From the NCBI RefSeq assembly GCF_004010195.1, contig NC_057718.1, forward strand, positions 15,605,416 to 15,669,415: a stretch of 64,000 nucleotides of DNA, written 5' to 3'. The position numbers were made by a program, and so were the translations under genes. Origin of the DNA: Chiloscyllium plagiosum (taxonomy: Eukaryota). The notes beneath the pieces were generated by a model. That model was given only the letters and a program-made list of their open reading frames with translations. It was not told where the DNA came from and ran no database searches. The first letter of the stretch is position 1. Each line of letters opens with the position of its first letter. Below, one piece after another: positions 39,601 to 54,600 of the stretch.

Positions 39601-42600
39601 AATGAACAGTAAAATCACTCTGGAAGAAGATTAAGTATCACATTGTAATTACTGTCATCCGAATGGTTTGATAATAAATCACATCTACATGTCTAGAGTA
39701 TTATGCATGACCACAGTTTGCCAATTAATTAGTTTGCCTCATACTCTAACATCCAAAAATCAGCATAAGACAGATATTGAAAGCTATTTCTTTTTTGGCT
39801 TGGTGTAGCAAAGCTTACATTTGGTTGTTCAAACCAACGGAATCATGTAACTTTATTTATCAGTAAGGATTTGAGATTCCTAATCTTCATTAATTTTAAA
39901 CCAAAAAGAGAGTTACTGATCCCTTAATAGACCATAACCAAACTTGGGGGCTATTCCAGGATCGTAACAAACATTATCATCACGAGGATGTGGTGGTCTC
40001 GCAGTATTGTTACTTGACTAGCGAGCCAGACTAATGTCCTGGTGTCATAGTTTGAATACCATCATGGCAGAGAATAAAATCTGAACGGTGTCATGACACA
40101 CTGGGATAATGCACTGAAAATCAAACATCAGAGTAGTCACAAATCTGAAAAATTAATTAAAATCACTGAATTACCCAATTTAGCCTGTTTAACTTAGGTT
40201 AGAAGAAACGTGCATACTAAGTTTTCTCCACTAACAAGAAAATTTATTTATAATCAGTGTTTAAAATCGATACCAATAAAAGAGGCAAGTTGAATGACTA
40301 ATCTGTAAATCTTACTTAGAACTCCAATACACAAATAGACAAGCCAGCAGAGACAGAGTTAACATAGCAAAATTCGATGATACTAAAATAGTTGGGAGAG
40401 CTGACTGTGAAGAGTAGATACAGCTTACAGATGGATATTGGTAGGCTAATGGATATTGGCATTAGAATGGGCCAGAATGTGGCAGATGGAGTTTAATGTG
40501 GACAAGTGTGAGGTTGTCCATTTTGGCCAGAAAATTAAAAGGGCAAATTCTTATTTAAATGCAAAGCAGATTCAAAATGAATCAGTGCAAAGGCATCTTG
40601 GGCGTCTTTGTGCATGAATCGCAAAAGTGCGTATGTAGATGTAGCATATAATAAGAAAAGCAAATGTAATTCTAGCATTTGTTGCAAAAGCATTGGATTA
40701 TATATTTAAAAAAGAAATTATACAAGGCGTTGGTAATACCACACCTGGAGTACTGTATCCAGTTTTGTCTCCCTACTTGAGGAAGGATGTGGTGGCAGTT
40801 CAGAAGAGAAGAGGTTCACCAGATTGATTCCAGGGATAAAAGCACTCTTGTAGAAGGAGCGGTTGAATATCTTGAGCTTGTACTTGCTGCAGTTCAGAAG
40901 AATGAAGGGGGTAGGAGGAATCTGACTGAAGTATATAAAACGCTAAAGGGAATTGATAAAGTGGATGATGAACAAATACTCGAGACTGTCTCACATGGGA
41001 GAGCAAGAGGACATTGAGTGAGAAGAGGTAGGTTGAAAACTGAGATGAGGAGAAATTACTGCAGAGGGTTGTCAAACTGTGGAACTCACTACCCCAGAGG
41101 TGAAAGCAGGATCAATCAATCAACAGATTTAATAAATAAATAAATAGATATGTTTCTAATGAAATGTGGGGAAAAGGGTTATGGGGAACAGGCAGGAGAG
41201 ATAAGTTGAGCCTGGTAAAGATCAGTCATAAATCATGTTAAATGGCAGAAGGGATTTGAAGAGCTGAATTGCCTGCTCTCGCTCCTAATTCCTATGTTCC
41301 TATGATGAGAAATAACAAATATTGGGTATGGGGAAAGAGGAGGGAAAAAAAATCAGAAGCAGACTTCTGACACCAGCCGAGATCATAGGTACCAAGGATT
41401 TCTTTTATCCCCTTCAGATTCTTTCTAATCTCTTGATGTAGTGGATATAGCTCAGTCTTTCACCAAATGGTTGTAAGTTTTTGCCTTTTCAGGACCTCTG
41501 AAGGTGGATTTCCCTCTTTTCATTTGAACAGGAAATTTATAGAGACAAATACTTAAGAAAAGTGGGGCCTGGTTCAAATGAAGAATGCAGGACAGCATGC
41601 CAGGAGAAGCACCACACAGAGGTAAAAACATGGTGTCAACCTGTTCCAACACTACTTGCCCAGCAGTAAACAACAACCACACAATCCTACAATCAACACA
41701 TCAGATCAAAACTCTGCAGCCCTGCGAGATCCAGTCATGGAGGATAAGGCTCCACATCCTGAATCATGGGAGCATTCAACAAAAAGAAAAGGCTTAAGCA
41801 TCCGAAAGCACCTTCAACCAGAACAGCTGAATAAACTGTTCCAAATCAGCTTCCAGGTGGAGATTCCTAGCAATGTAGATACCATTCTTCAGCCAATTAA
41901 GTTCACATTACGTGATAGCAAAGATCAGCTGAAGTCACTGGATACTGCAAAATTAAAGGCATGGTGTTCTGACAACATGCTAGCAGGCAGTAGCAAAGCT
42001 GTTCTTGTATGTTACCACACAATGTGTATCTACCCAATGCAGACAATTGCCCGAGTATGGCTTGTTTTTACTCCAATGTATTTTCAGATCATCAAAGGAT
42101 TGATGGAAGGTGTCATCAGCTGTGGCTGACAACTGCTTACTGACAAACACACACTGTTGCTTCAATTCCTGCACCCCTCAACCAATCCAACTTGACGGCA
42201 ATCTGTGCTCTTAGATCCAACCCTGATTTTGTTATTAAGCCTACTGGTAAGGGTGGTGCTGTTGTAGTCTGGCGTACTGATCTCTGCATTTCAGAGGCTG
42301 AGCGCCAGGTCTCAGATACCTCCTTCCTATCACCCGCTGGACCATGACTCCATCATGGAACATCAAGCCACTGTATCAACTATGATCATTGACCTCATTT
42401 CATCTGGTGATCCCCAGATCTGCTGAGCTTTTGCAGCAAGTTCTGTTTTTGTCACTGACAAGGAGTTTGGGATTCACCAGGCCCAATCAGCCCTGACCTC
42501 ATTAAAGCCCCATCCCTCAGAAAGATCATCTATGGCTAACAATCTTTGTTGGGCAAGTCAAAAAAAGGTACATTCTGATCAAGGATTTTCCCCTGTAATA

Positions 42601-45600
42601 TCCCCCCCTAGCCAATATATCTATCACACATGTGTGAATAAACTAAGTTGGCATTTGGGATAAGATAATAGAAAACAATGGATACTTGTGAGTCTGTACA
42701 CTTGGAAGTCACCATTTTCAGAAGAGGTTGGGAAAAATAGTTATGTCTTTAGTTCATGATACTCCACAATTGAACCTTGCAGCATGCTTTGAATAATCTC
42801 TGGACTCCTCTTGCCTGTTTCAGACTTTACATACTGGTCCTTTTCACAGTTTTGAAGCGAAAAGGAGTAGTAAACCATTTAGTCCCTCAAAGCTTTCAGT
42901 TGAGTTCAATTGAAACCTTTCAACTTTCCATTAGTCACTTTTGTGAAGTAAAATGAGGGCAATACTATATGCTTACATATTTTTCAGTCCATATAAAATT
43001 GCCGAGGCCTCTGTAAACATACAGCTTCAATGGGGTCAATTACTTTTAAAACTAATCCAGAATTCCAAAATTATGAAGATCAGAATAGCACACTAATTTT
43101 TGGAACTTATGTTGAAAAAGTAGAGATTTAAAAACCATTTTATTGACTTGATATATTCTGTTCTATCACAATTTCAAAATTAAATTGCAAAACCAATGCA
43201 AACTGTAAAATGAACAAGAGTGTAACCAGGTTGAAATAGGATTATTTTCAACAGGTTTTAACTTCAGGCTTACCTTCTGCTGTCCATTGTCTGATGCATC
43301 CAGTTATTAATCCTAAGGAACTAGATTCTACAGCTGCTGACAAAATTGCTTCAAGTTTCTCCTCCTTAGAAAATCAAAAAGCGTTATAATTAAGTTAACA
43401 TTCCAGATATCTCCCCATAGCTTTGAAAGTCTATTTCCACAGGGACATCTACAAAGTCACTATAAAATAAAAATGAATCTCAAGTATAAAGTAACCTGGC
43501 AAAATAAGCATCAAATTGAATGCATCATACACTGGCAAAGATGCACTGTCCATTGTATGGATTAACCACAAAATTCACAAGTACTTTTTATATGCAACTC
43601 AGAAAAGACATATAACCTGCATGTCAGAGCCTAGTTTGCACATTTTAAAATCAATTAATGAGACATACACTGAGTAAATCATTATCGGCTAAGTGGGCTA
43701 TAAAGTTAAACAGAGGCAGATGCTGGAAATCTGAAACAAAAACAGAAATTGTTGGAAAATCACAACAGGTCTGGCAGCATCTGTGGAGAAAAATCAGAGT
43801 TGATTGTATCTCGGAAAAGAGTAGTTTTTATACAGAGATGGGGTGGGTGGAGTAAATAATAGATGGGAGATAGAGCCCAAAGAGAAAGAAAACAGTTGGA
43901 GAAAGAAGTGGTTTAATATCAATCTGGGAAAAATGAATAGCTGCTAATGGGAACAATAGTGGCTAACAATGGGTAGTTTGTGATAACAGCCAGTATAACA
44001 GGGTGAAGGAAAGCATGAGGAAACGTGCTCAAGCCATAAAATTGTTGAAGGCTGCATAGTTCGCAAGCAGAAAATCAGGTGTTGTTCTTTCACCTCACAC
44101 TAATTTCACTGTAGCAAACCTGAGACAAAGATATTGGCCAAAGAATGTGGTGATGTGTTGAAGTGGCAAGCAACTGCACATTCAGGATCTTTGCTGCAGA
44201 CAGAATGTAGGGATTCTGCAAAGCGTTCACCCAGTCTGCGCCTTGTTTCCCCCAATGTAGAGGAAACCACATTGTGAGCAGAGAATACAGTAGACTAGGC
44301 TGAGTGAAATGCAGGTTAAGTGCTGCTTCACATGGGGCCTTGGACACTGTAGACAGGAAGCAAACAGGCAGGGGTTACACCTTCTGCGATTGTAGGGGAA
44401 GATGCCATGGGTTGTGAGAATGGGTTGGAGGTGGGAGGAGTGGATCAGGGTGTCCCAGAGGGAATGGTCCTTGCGGAAGGCTGACAAGGAAGAGTAGGAG
44501 AATGTGATTTGATGGCACCCCGCTGGAAGTGATGGAAATGGTGACTAATGAACCTCTGGATGTGGATGCTGGTGGGATGGTAGGTGAGGGCAAGGGGGAC
44601 CATATCGACGTTTTGGGAGGGAAGATAGAGGGTAAGGAAGTAATTGTGGGAAATGGGTTGAACCCAGTTGAGGGCTCTACCAACCATGGTGCTGGGAATC
44701 TTTGATTGAGGAAGGTGGAGACCCCCTTATTGAAGATGGCATCATCAGAACAGGTGTGGTAGAGACGGAGAAACTAGGAGAATAATTTGGAATCTTACAG
44801 GAAGCAGGGTATGGGGATGCATAGTCAAAAGGATAAAAGGAAGTCATATGTGAACTTTGTCACCTCCACTTCATTGCTGCAAAACTCCACTGAAATATAC
44901 TGATTAGCACAACCTCAAAAGAAATGAACTTCTGACATCTCATCAAAACTTAAGAGATGATAAATTCAGTTGGGAGAACAAACTGGCCCAGAATTATTTG
45001 ATCATTGCTGCTTATGTGCTAACGCCATAGTCATCTGACAGAATTGAAAAAACCCAGCTAATTCATGGACTTGTTCAGAGGAAAGGACAGCAACCAAATA
45101 CCCACCAACATGCTTTGTGATTCAATATACTAACTTCTGTTGATTGCTCCCTACCTTCAGATCTTAGAGCTCTGATGCAGTCAGAACTCTTAGATATTTA
45201 GAAGTTTACATAAGAACCAGATTCCATTAAAAGCAAATGCTTAAAAGGTTTCCTGCCAAATGGTGACTAAAGCAGAGCATTTTTGTTGTTAAAATATTAT
45301 ATCCTGTCCCCTCTATCAATAAAATAGTGATTATTTGTGAAAGGCACAATAATTATCTTTCCATGCGGTGTGCATTTTACAAAGATGTGAAAGAATATAT
45401 CAGTTTGATAGCTATAAGATGCAAATTTCATTTGACTGCAAGCTTAAAAGATTTTTAAGATTTAAGATTTCAAGATTTCAATACCACACAATGAGGATCT
45501 GTCTGTCAAAAACTAAAATAAAATCCACACTGCAGATCCTGGAAATATGAAAAAACAAGATGCAGGAAATTACACAGCAAGTCAGGCAGCGCGTGTCGGG

Positions 45601-48600
45601 AGAGAATCAGAGTTATTGCTACAAACTGAATTGGACTCATTTACAGAAAGTGGCACATCACATTTGACTTAAATGAGAATTATTCTTCTCTCCTCAGATG
45701 TTGCCAGGCTGCATTGCAAGTATATATGCATGGTTGAAAGTGTGTTGCTGGAAAAGCACAGCAGGTCAGGCAGCATCCAAGAAGCAAGAAAATTGACATT
45801 TCGGGCCTGAGCCCTTCATCAGGATGCTGCCTCACCTGTGCGTTTTCAGCAACCCACACTCAACTCTGATCTCCAGCATCCGCAGACCTCACTGTCTTCT
45901 ATATAATTGCATACTTTCTTTGCATAGAAACTTTCAATCTTGAAGAAATTGATAGGCAAAAGGAAGGCAATTTAAACTTTGGAATTCAGAAGTCACCAGG
46001 TTACGAAGGTAGTTATGCACCACAGGTTGTTTCATTGGTATTTTCAAAGTTAGAAGGGAGAGAGCCATAGAAGTGTTTAGCTGGAGACCACAATACAGTA
46101 ACACTTGAGGAAAAAATTGCTGTGTGTCTTTGTTAAAGATGAAATCTGTGCATTTAATTCCTCAAAGTTTGACAAACATCTAGTAAACAAAAGGAAATTC
46201 CAGAAGTATTCACAAAATTAACAGATCAAGGTATAGGTTTGGAAATTGAAAATAAATAACAAAATCTCTATCTGGATCATCCAAGAGGACAGCGGTACCA
46301 TGAATTTAGTTTGCCAGCAGCCAATCAGGAGAGTTACGTGAATTTTCTTGCAGAAGCAGTTGGTCAGCTTGGAAGACCATAAAAAGTAGTACTGTATCTG
46401 CTAGTAACCGAAACATGAATGGAGGCCATTAGGAATTGGAATGCTCCTTATCTGAGTTACCTTCAAATACAGCCAGTCCCTGGAATGAAGAAGTACAGAG
46501 TTCCTGGAGAATGATCACTATCAGTTTTGCCTGGTAATACCAGTGGCTGAGCACTTAATCCAAACAACAGAACAGATAAAACAAAACGAAACCCACAGAA
46601 ATTCAGCATACAATAATTGCAAACATGATACGATGAGTCAAGGCACTCAATATTCATCAGAAGATATTACAATACTTTCATTCTCAACTTACTTGTGAGA
46701 GACAAGAAGGCTGTATATCTGCAAGCCTTGGAGAGAGAAGGCCAGCCATCAGACAACGACTATAACCATCAGGTATAGCTTCACTAAGAAAAGGACCAGC
46801 CTTCTTCAAGTAATTCAATGTCTAGACAACAAAACTAGATATCAGTAATGTAGTGATAAACAATTCTTCAAAGTTCTCAGCATATTAAAATTTATGATAA
46901 AAATCACACCAAGCAAGAGTTCTTAAGACTGATTTCCCCACATTATACTGTCAAATTTTTGTATACTCACTTGTTCCTTATCCCTTAGTATCCTCTTTCC
47001 CTCTTGAAAACTTATTTTGCTATCTACATCGGTGTAATAGGTAAAGTTAGCTTCCACACATTGATTCAGTACCTTCATCCAATAAATGAAATGGCTTGCA
47101 AATAAATAGTTCAGGTCTCAGCACTGATCCCTGTATTGTACTCAACTGGTTGCAGCTTTTCAAACCAGAAGATGATCCATTTATCCCTATTTTCTGCTGC
47201 CTATTCAGCAATCTAGAATCAGCATCCCACAAGAAAACGTCAAATAGTGGTGCAGCAAATGATGTCACTGAATTGTAGATTTACTGAAGTGATCGTACAG
47301 TGAAATAAGGCCTGGATCCAGTTGAGAAGATTATAAAACTAAAGGTCAGTTCCCTGGGCTACAAGTGTTAAGAATGACCAGTGCGTCGACTAAGAAGTTA
47401 GAGGTCAAATTAACTGCACTCAAACAGTGTAAATTCATTACACCAGTTCAAATGATGACCAGGGTAATTGAATGTCATCAAAATGTAGCATCACAGACCA
47501 AAGTACTGTTGTCAAGTTTAACAATTTTTTTTAAAAAGATAGGATTATAGTCAAATTAACAAAAGATATTTTCATCAAGTCCAAAAGGATTTCGGTCACA
47601 GGATGTTACTCCCATTTTTCTCCCTACGTTTACACGTTTTCTTCCACCCTCCTCAGGCACTTAGTCTCTCATTGTTTGTTTCCTCCTACATCAGTCAGTT
47701 TAAGTAGTGCTCTGGGTCAAGTTCACTCTGAAACTTAAGGTTTAATTATTTCACAATGATAAAGTTGCAATTACATTGTTCTCTAAGTTTATAATTACCT
47801 CAGTTAAGTGAAGCGTTTTCTCTAAAACTTAGGTGACCTGATCAAAATCTTCAAAATATTAATAGGAAACGATGGGCAAAATAAACTACTTCCAATTTTT
47901 GGAAATTCTTGAACTAGGATGCATTGTCTAAAAATTAGGACCAGACCATTCAGGATGTTAGAAAGCACTCCTACGCACAGAGGATGGAGGTTTGGAACAC
48001 TCTTCCACAAATGACAGTTGATGCTAGCTCAGCTGTCAATTTTAATGAGTTTTGAGAAGATTTATTGCTCAGGTTGAGGTTCTGGATGCAAGTTTGTTCA
48101 CTGAGCTGGCAGGTTCATTTTCAGACATTTCATCACCATACTAGGTAACATCAGCGAGCCTCCGGTGAAGTAATGGTGTTAGTGACCCACTTTCTATTTG
48201 TGTGTTTAGGTTTCCTTGAGTTGGTGATGTCACTAGCAGCAGTGATGTCACTTGCAGCTCATTTTCTCACAGGGTGGTAAATGGGGTCCAAGTCAATGTG
48301 TTTGTTGATAGAGTTCCAGGTGGAATACCATGCTTCTAGGAATTCTTGTGCCAATCTCTGTTTGGCTTGTCCTAGGATGGATATGTTATCCCAGTCGAAG
48401 AGGTGTATGTAAGGTTAGTACTGAGAATGGGTCATGTCTTTTTCTTGAACTAGGACGCATTGTCTAAAAATTAGGGCCAGACCATTCAGGATGTTAGGAA
48501 GCACTCCTACGCACAGAGGATGGAAGTTTGGAACTAGTTTATGTTCTTGTATCCTGGAGGCTAGCTGTGAATTTTAAATCTGAGATAGTTTTTTTTAAAT

Positions 48601-51600
48601 TAAACACAGGTATTAAGGGGATGTCGGCAAAAGGTGGGTATGTAGAGTTAGGCTACAGATCAGCCACAATCTCACTGAAGGGCAGAATAGGCTCAAGGGG
48701 ATGAATGGTCAACACGTGATCCTGTGACATTTAAATATCTACAGGTCATGTAAAATCTCACCTCTTTCTGAAACCCAGAGCATGTTATGTGCACAAGGCC
48801 CGAATTTATCAAGCAAGTTGCATCTGGAAAAAAAAAGCAAATATTTTTTTTTTGTATTCCGAAAGTAAGTTCAAGCACAGTCTCCAGCTTAATCTCCAAG
48901 TAAAAACAAAATTTCAACCATTTAAACAAAACAAATGAGTTGAAATCCTGCAACATGCAATTTCCATTTGCACTATTCACACTTTCAGACTCAACATTTC
49001 ACTCCATAAGAAAAGCAATCACAAAAACGAACAAAGCTTATGCTACCAGTGTCGACTGAAATATGTGGGGAACAACGTAAAAGCATAGGGGAGAGAATCA
49101 ATTGACACTCTCAAATCTGAGCTAAATAAACCATAAACGTTGCATTTATAAATTACCTTTAAATGTGGTAAAATGTCCCAATGTAACAAAAGTGTGTCAG
49201 ATTGAATTTAACACCAAGCTACATAGAAATATTAAAAGATTATCAAAGTCCTGGTCAAAAAGTTTGATTTTAAGAAAAATCTTAAAAATGGGAGGTTGCG
49301 ATACTTCTTTGCCTTGAGCAGATTTGTTCTCTGCTGTTTCTCTTGTGGAGATGCTGCCACTGTGATGTCAGAATGTCTGCTTCAGAAACAATGGGTGAAC
49401 AGCTTTGAGCTCCCCGAGTTTTTTTAGAAAAAGATGCATGAGTCAGTCTTACACAAACTCAGGGTTGCGGTTTTGCTTTCAGTTAGGGTTTGGAGTTGAC
49501 TACTGAAGCTGATAGAAACAGCTCCCAATTTGCTGGAACAAAATGCTTGAGTTCTCTTTGCTGTTAGATTGTTTATATCAGTGTTTCTTTTTCCTGGACA
49601 GGAGGAGGTAATGTGAGAAAAATTTGTTTTGCTGAATTTGCCTTTGCCAAAGGTGTATTGATGGGATGCTGCTGCATTGGAACAGTTAACAATTGGTTGT
49701 TAAATAATATATTATTTTATTAAGTACTTCAATAGAGCTAAAGTTATGCCAATTCTTCTTTCTTCTACTTGTACCTTAACTATGTTGTAAGAATAAAATG
49801 CACTTTGCCTAAAGTCGAGCAATGAACCAATCAAATCACATCTGGAATACAGTGCCTTACACTTGCCTTTAAATAAAATTTTAAAAGTTAGGGTCTAGGT
49901 TATCTCCTTGATATATTTTGAGGGAGTTTGGTCCGGTCCATAACAAAGTAAAGCAGTTTAAAGACAAAATTACAAAGCTTAAGGCTTAAGCAATTGTAAA
50001 TGGAAGATATAATTGTGTATTAATTTCTATTTTACTAGCAGTAAACTATAAACAAATGAGATTCAGTGTATACCTTCTGCAGAGATGAGAGCAGCCAAAA
50101 GAAGGATGAGCCATCTGAGAGGCTGAAAGGCCAGTTTCCTTATGGTTTAAATCAGGAAATTAAGGAATGGAAAGGAAAATGAAATGTTGGCCTTTATTTC
50201 AAAGAGAATGGAGTATAAAAATTGGCAAGTCTCATTAAACACTTTTCAGACTAGAACTGTGAACAGTTTGGGACTCCTTATCTAAGGAAAGATATTCTGA
50301 CATCGCAGGCAAACCAGGGCAGATTTACTAGGTCAATGCCACGTGTCGGAGGATTTTCTTATGAGATGAGGTGAGGTTAGGTCTTCCCTCATTGGAGTTT
50401 ATAATAATAGAGGGGCAATTTCATTGAAATACACGAGATGGAGAGCTCCCTTTCTCTTCTGGGAGAGTTTAGGCACTAGAGGGCTATTCTCAAAGTAAGG
50501 AGTTATATATTTAAGACAGATGGCAAGAATTTATTTTCTCAGAGTAGCAAATCTGTGGAATTATTTTTCGTAGAGACCGGTGGAGATTCGGTTATTATAA
50601 AATATTCAAAGCTAAGATAAACAGATTTTTAATCAGCAAGGGAATCAAGAGTTACGAGGAGAGACAGAAACTTGGATTTGAGGATAATCAGATTAACCAT
50701 TATCTCATTGAATGGCACAGTACACTTGATCGGCCAAATGGCTTACTTTTGCTCTCAGCCTCATGGTCTTACAGTGGCCTGTCTGAACAAAGATTTAATA
50801 CTTATTTTTCTGACAAGTAATCAGGTAATTACAGCACCATCTGTAGTAAATGTAAATACATTCAGGCAAATTCAGATAGGAATTATTGGGCAGCATTATT
50901 AGGGTAGGAACATTAGTTATTTTGCTTACTTTCCATTACATTAAGACAGAATACCAATGCATTTCTATCAAATTTCTAAAGTGACATTGGCATTTCAACA
51001 TTCCAAACAGTTAGTGTGTATTGCAGGATGAGACCCAAACTAACAACACTGCTGAATTGTAAAGGCAGAGCTTCACAGTTTAAATACCATACGTTATGAT
51101 ATTTGAACTCATCACTATTCACTCCGACAATTAGGGATGCGAAACTAACATTGGCCCACAATCCATAGAAAACACACATCTATAAAACTTCTGAAAATTA
51201 ACATGACCCCAGGTAATGACAAAAACAAAACATAGTAAAATCTGAAAAAAAAAAAAGTATGGCTGCATATAGAACACGAGAAAATATTACGTCTACGCAC
51301 ATGAAAGCATAAAAGTACTTTACTAAAACATTTTATGCATTTTGGGTTCTGGCACATTTGCTATTGACAGAAGTCTCAGTAAAGCCCCTCTCTTACATTT
51401 TGTAATTAATTCTTCTTCCCATCAGCATATAGAATTCAATATTCCCTCCCAACCAACACTTACCCTAAATGTTCACCTCTTTTCTTTCCCACCACTTTAG
51501 TCACTTGCCCCTCTTCACAATCTCAATTCACTCACCCAACAACCTAGCCTTTCCAACAGCCTTACATCAACACCAAGACAAGCTGAGGCCCAATGACCAG

Positions 51601-54600
51601 AAACTGGCACCAAATCACTATAAATCAACTCTCACGCTGGTTCTGCTCTCCCTCATGGCCCACACTGACAAGCTCTGGTGGGAACTCAGGAAGATCGCAT
51701 TATCAAACGTCAGCCCACAGGATCCCCTTAAAAGGGAGGTGGAGTCCTGGGCTGGGCTCTGACCTCCATCTAGCCCAGTCTTGAAAAATGCTTCCCATCG
51801 AACTATTGTGTGTGATGGGAATAGATTAGACTTATCACTCAGTAGATATTGCAACTTTTCCAATCACAGATTCTGTCTTTCCTGCCTCTTGATGCTCCAA
51901 ACAGATTGTCTCTGGATAGCAGAAAAAGGTAGAGTCAGAATCCACGATTAGAAAAGCTGGAGCATTCAACGTGGGAGAGGGAGAATCTGCATTTGAAGTA
52001 ATAGCTCCTGACAGACTGTCTCTCTTGCCTGTGCTGCTCTTAAATTCCTACTCTCATTGACAAGGGTTGAACATAGATTTAAAATTGCACGTTTCCAAGA
52101 TGCAAATGTTGAAAATGCATCCCTCTTTAGCTCCTATTTTAACTTATTTGGTTGGCTCTTTAATTAGATATGCTTCCATGGGTATAGATGATTCACAATT
52201 AAATTTGTTAAGTGTCCAAAACACCATCGTGGAACTTGAAAATCCATTTCAACAGTCTATTTGATCATGAGGGGCCAGGAGTTTCCCCATTACCCCCAGC
52301 TAAAATCAACTCAAAAACTGAAATCAGACACTGGCCTTTATTAAATTAGGCAGACGCTTGGTGCTCACAAATGGGCTATATTTCATCCCGTGAAGGCGAC
52401 TGATCAATTTTTACCTTCACTGCCATTTACTTTCAAAAACATTGCATTCAATGATAACACTTTTTGACTACACTCACCAAAATTGTAGGTGCTAGGGTTA
52501 AAGAACTGTTCTGGTGGTGGATAAGATGGAGGAACTCCACGGCTAAGGCTTCTTTCATGTACCAAGATATCCAGCAGATAATACGGAAAGGTCATGCACA
52601 CAACAGCATCCAGAGACCATAATGCAAAATAGGGGCAGTTATGAAGTTGCTCTCCTGCTCTGTAAAGCAGAAACCATGAAATGAAAACAATCATATTTAG
52701 CAACAAACAGTACCTGTTCTAGCGAAAATGACATCTACCTGAAACATTAACTATTCTTTCAACAGATGCAGTCTTACTTGCTATGTATTTCCAAAATGTT
52801 TAATTTTATTTCAGGTTTCCAGAATCTGCAGTGGTTTACTTTTGTACAATCTGTAGGTATTTTTCTGCATTTTGAAACACACTTTCAGGCAAAATATAGA
52901 TGCAACAACTTAACTGTTCCATCATGTCCTGTACAAAAACTCAAGATTGCTGAAGGAGGTACTAATCTTCTGGAAGCTGGATCACTTACTAGAATAGACA
53001 GAATACTATCCTCTGAACTGATCTTTTTTTAGTGCATCAGATCTTTGAACAGTCAGTATGCATATGTCAGTTTTCTAACTAGCATAATTTCTGCACTTTG
53101 ATCTCATGCAGACAAACTTACTTTATCACACTTGTGCATGCTCAATGTTAATAACAGATTTTCTCAGTATAGCTTGGGGTATTTTGTGGAAACATGAGAT
53201 GCTTACAATTTCTGTGCTCCAACTGAGGGATATTAATATGAGGAAATGGAACACTCCTTCCTTCAAGACGTTCACTACTGAGTTAACAGCCAGATGCACT
53301 AAGAGCTAACTCTACTTTTACAAATCAGTATCAGAACAATACCCCCATTTGCAATAAATTCCTCACACCCGCCAAATTAGCCAGCCAATTCAGTGCTTTA
53401 TGGATGTCCAATAGTAATTTTAATATTAGTTATGAAGAGAAAAATAAGGAAATTCAAAAGTCTAACCTTAGTGAATCAGGCATCTGTGCATGATACCAAC
53501 GATTGATATCAAATATGCCCAGATAGGTGGAGGGTTTCCGTTGTCCATATGTATTCACCTGCCAACTGAAAATTGATACACTGGTGTCTGGTGAGCTGCC
53601 TGTAAGCAACAGGACATCACTAAGTATTTTACAAATAAAACTGCCTAAACTACAATTTATTAAATTATTTTGGTCCTTATCAATGCAAGATGTGTTTTAA
53701 ACTTTGCATCCTCATAACAATGTTGAAAATCCAGTTCATCACAGCACAAAAACAAAGTGAACAACAGTTCCAACTTCCTAAACTTTGAGATAGAAAATTC
53801 CACACATTTTCTGAATAAAGCAGTACTGTAAACTCACCTTCACTCACACTTTCTTCTCTATCTCCATGATTCTTAAATTTCTCTATAGTTTGGCAGCCCA
53901 GCAGCCGAGCATTGGTATTTCTCGTCCTTGACGAAAATGCTTCGTAGGTCAGATCTTGAGTGTAACGCTCTTCACAATATTCCAAGCCCTATAAAACAAT
54001 AGAAATAGCAGTTAGACTCCAAATACAAATTGGAACCTGGGATTTATTCTGCTTAGATATAACATTATCTCCAACTTGACAAGAGTGATCCAAGGCTAGA
54101 AGTCTACAAATCACAGCTACATGATGTGTGCTGCTTGGCTAAACAGAGTGCTTTGGAGTTGGGTGAAAATGGAGTTAGTTGAGACAGGAGGTAAGCAAGG
54201 CTGAAAAACTGAGTGCAGTACAGTGCTCAGTCTCAGTTTGGGCAGTGCAGAAAATGACATGGTCCCCATGGTGACAACCAACTGGTAATGATAACTGCAG
54301 AGTTTTTTTGTAGTTTTAAAAATATAATATTAGTTGAAATAGGGATTTTTCAATTATAATAGAAATGTTTGAAATAAAGGAAGGTTCCCAGCTTAAATAA
54401 AATTTCTTATTTGGGAGTAACTAGCTTAATCTAGAGAGAAATCACGACAGAAGACCTCATACCCGTGATGTGTTCCTCTTGCACAACATGGGAAATAAAA
54501 ACTATGTTTCCAGAACTACCTGTGGAAATAATTATGTCCAGCTGCAGCTTCTGGCTAACCACTTTTCAGAGCTGGAGCTACGGGTGAACGCACTTATCTG

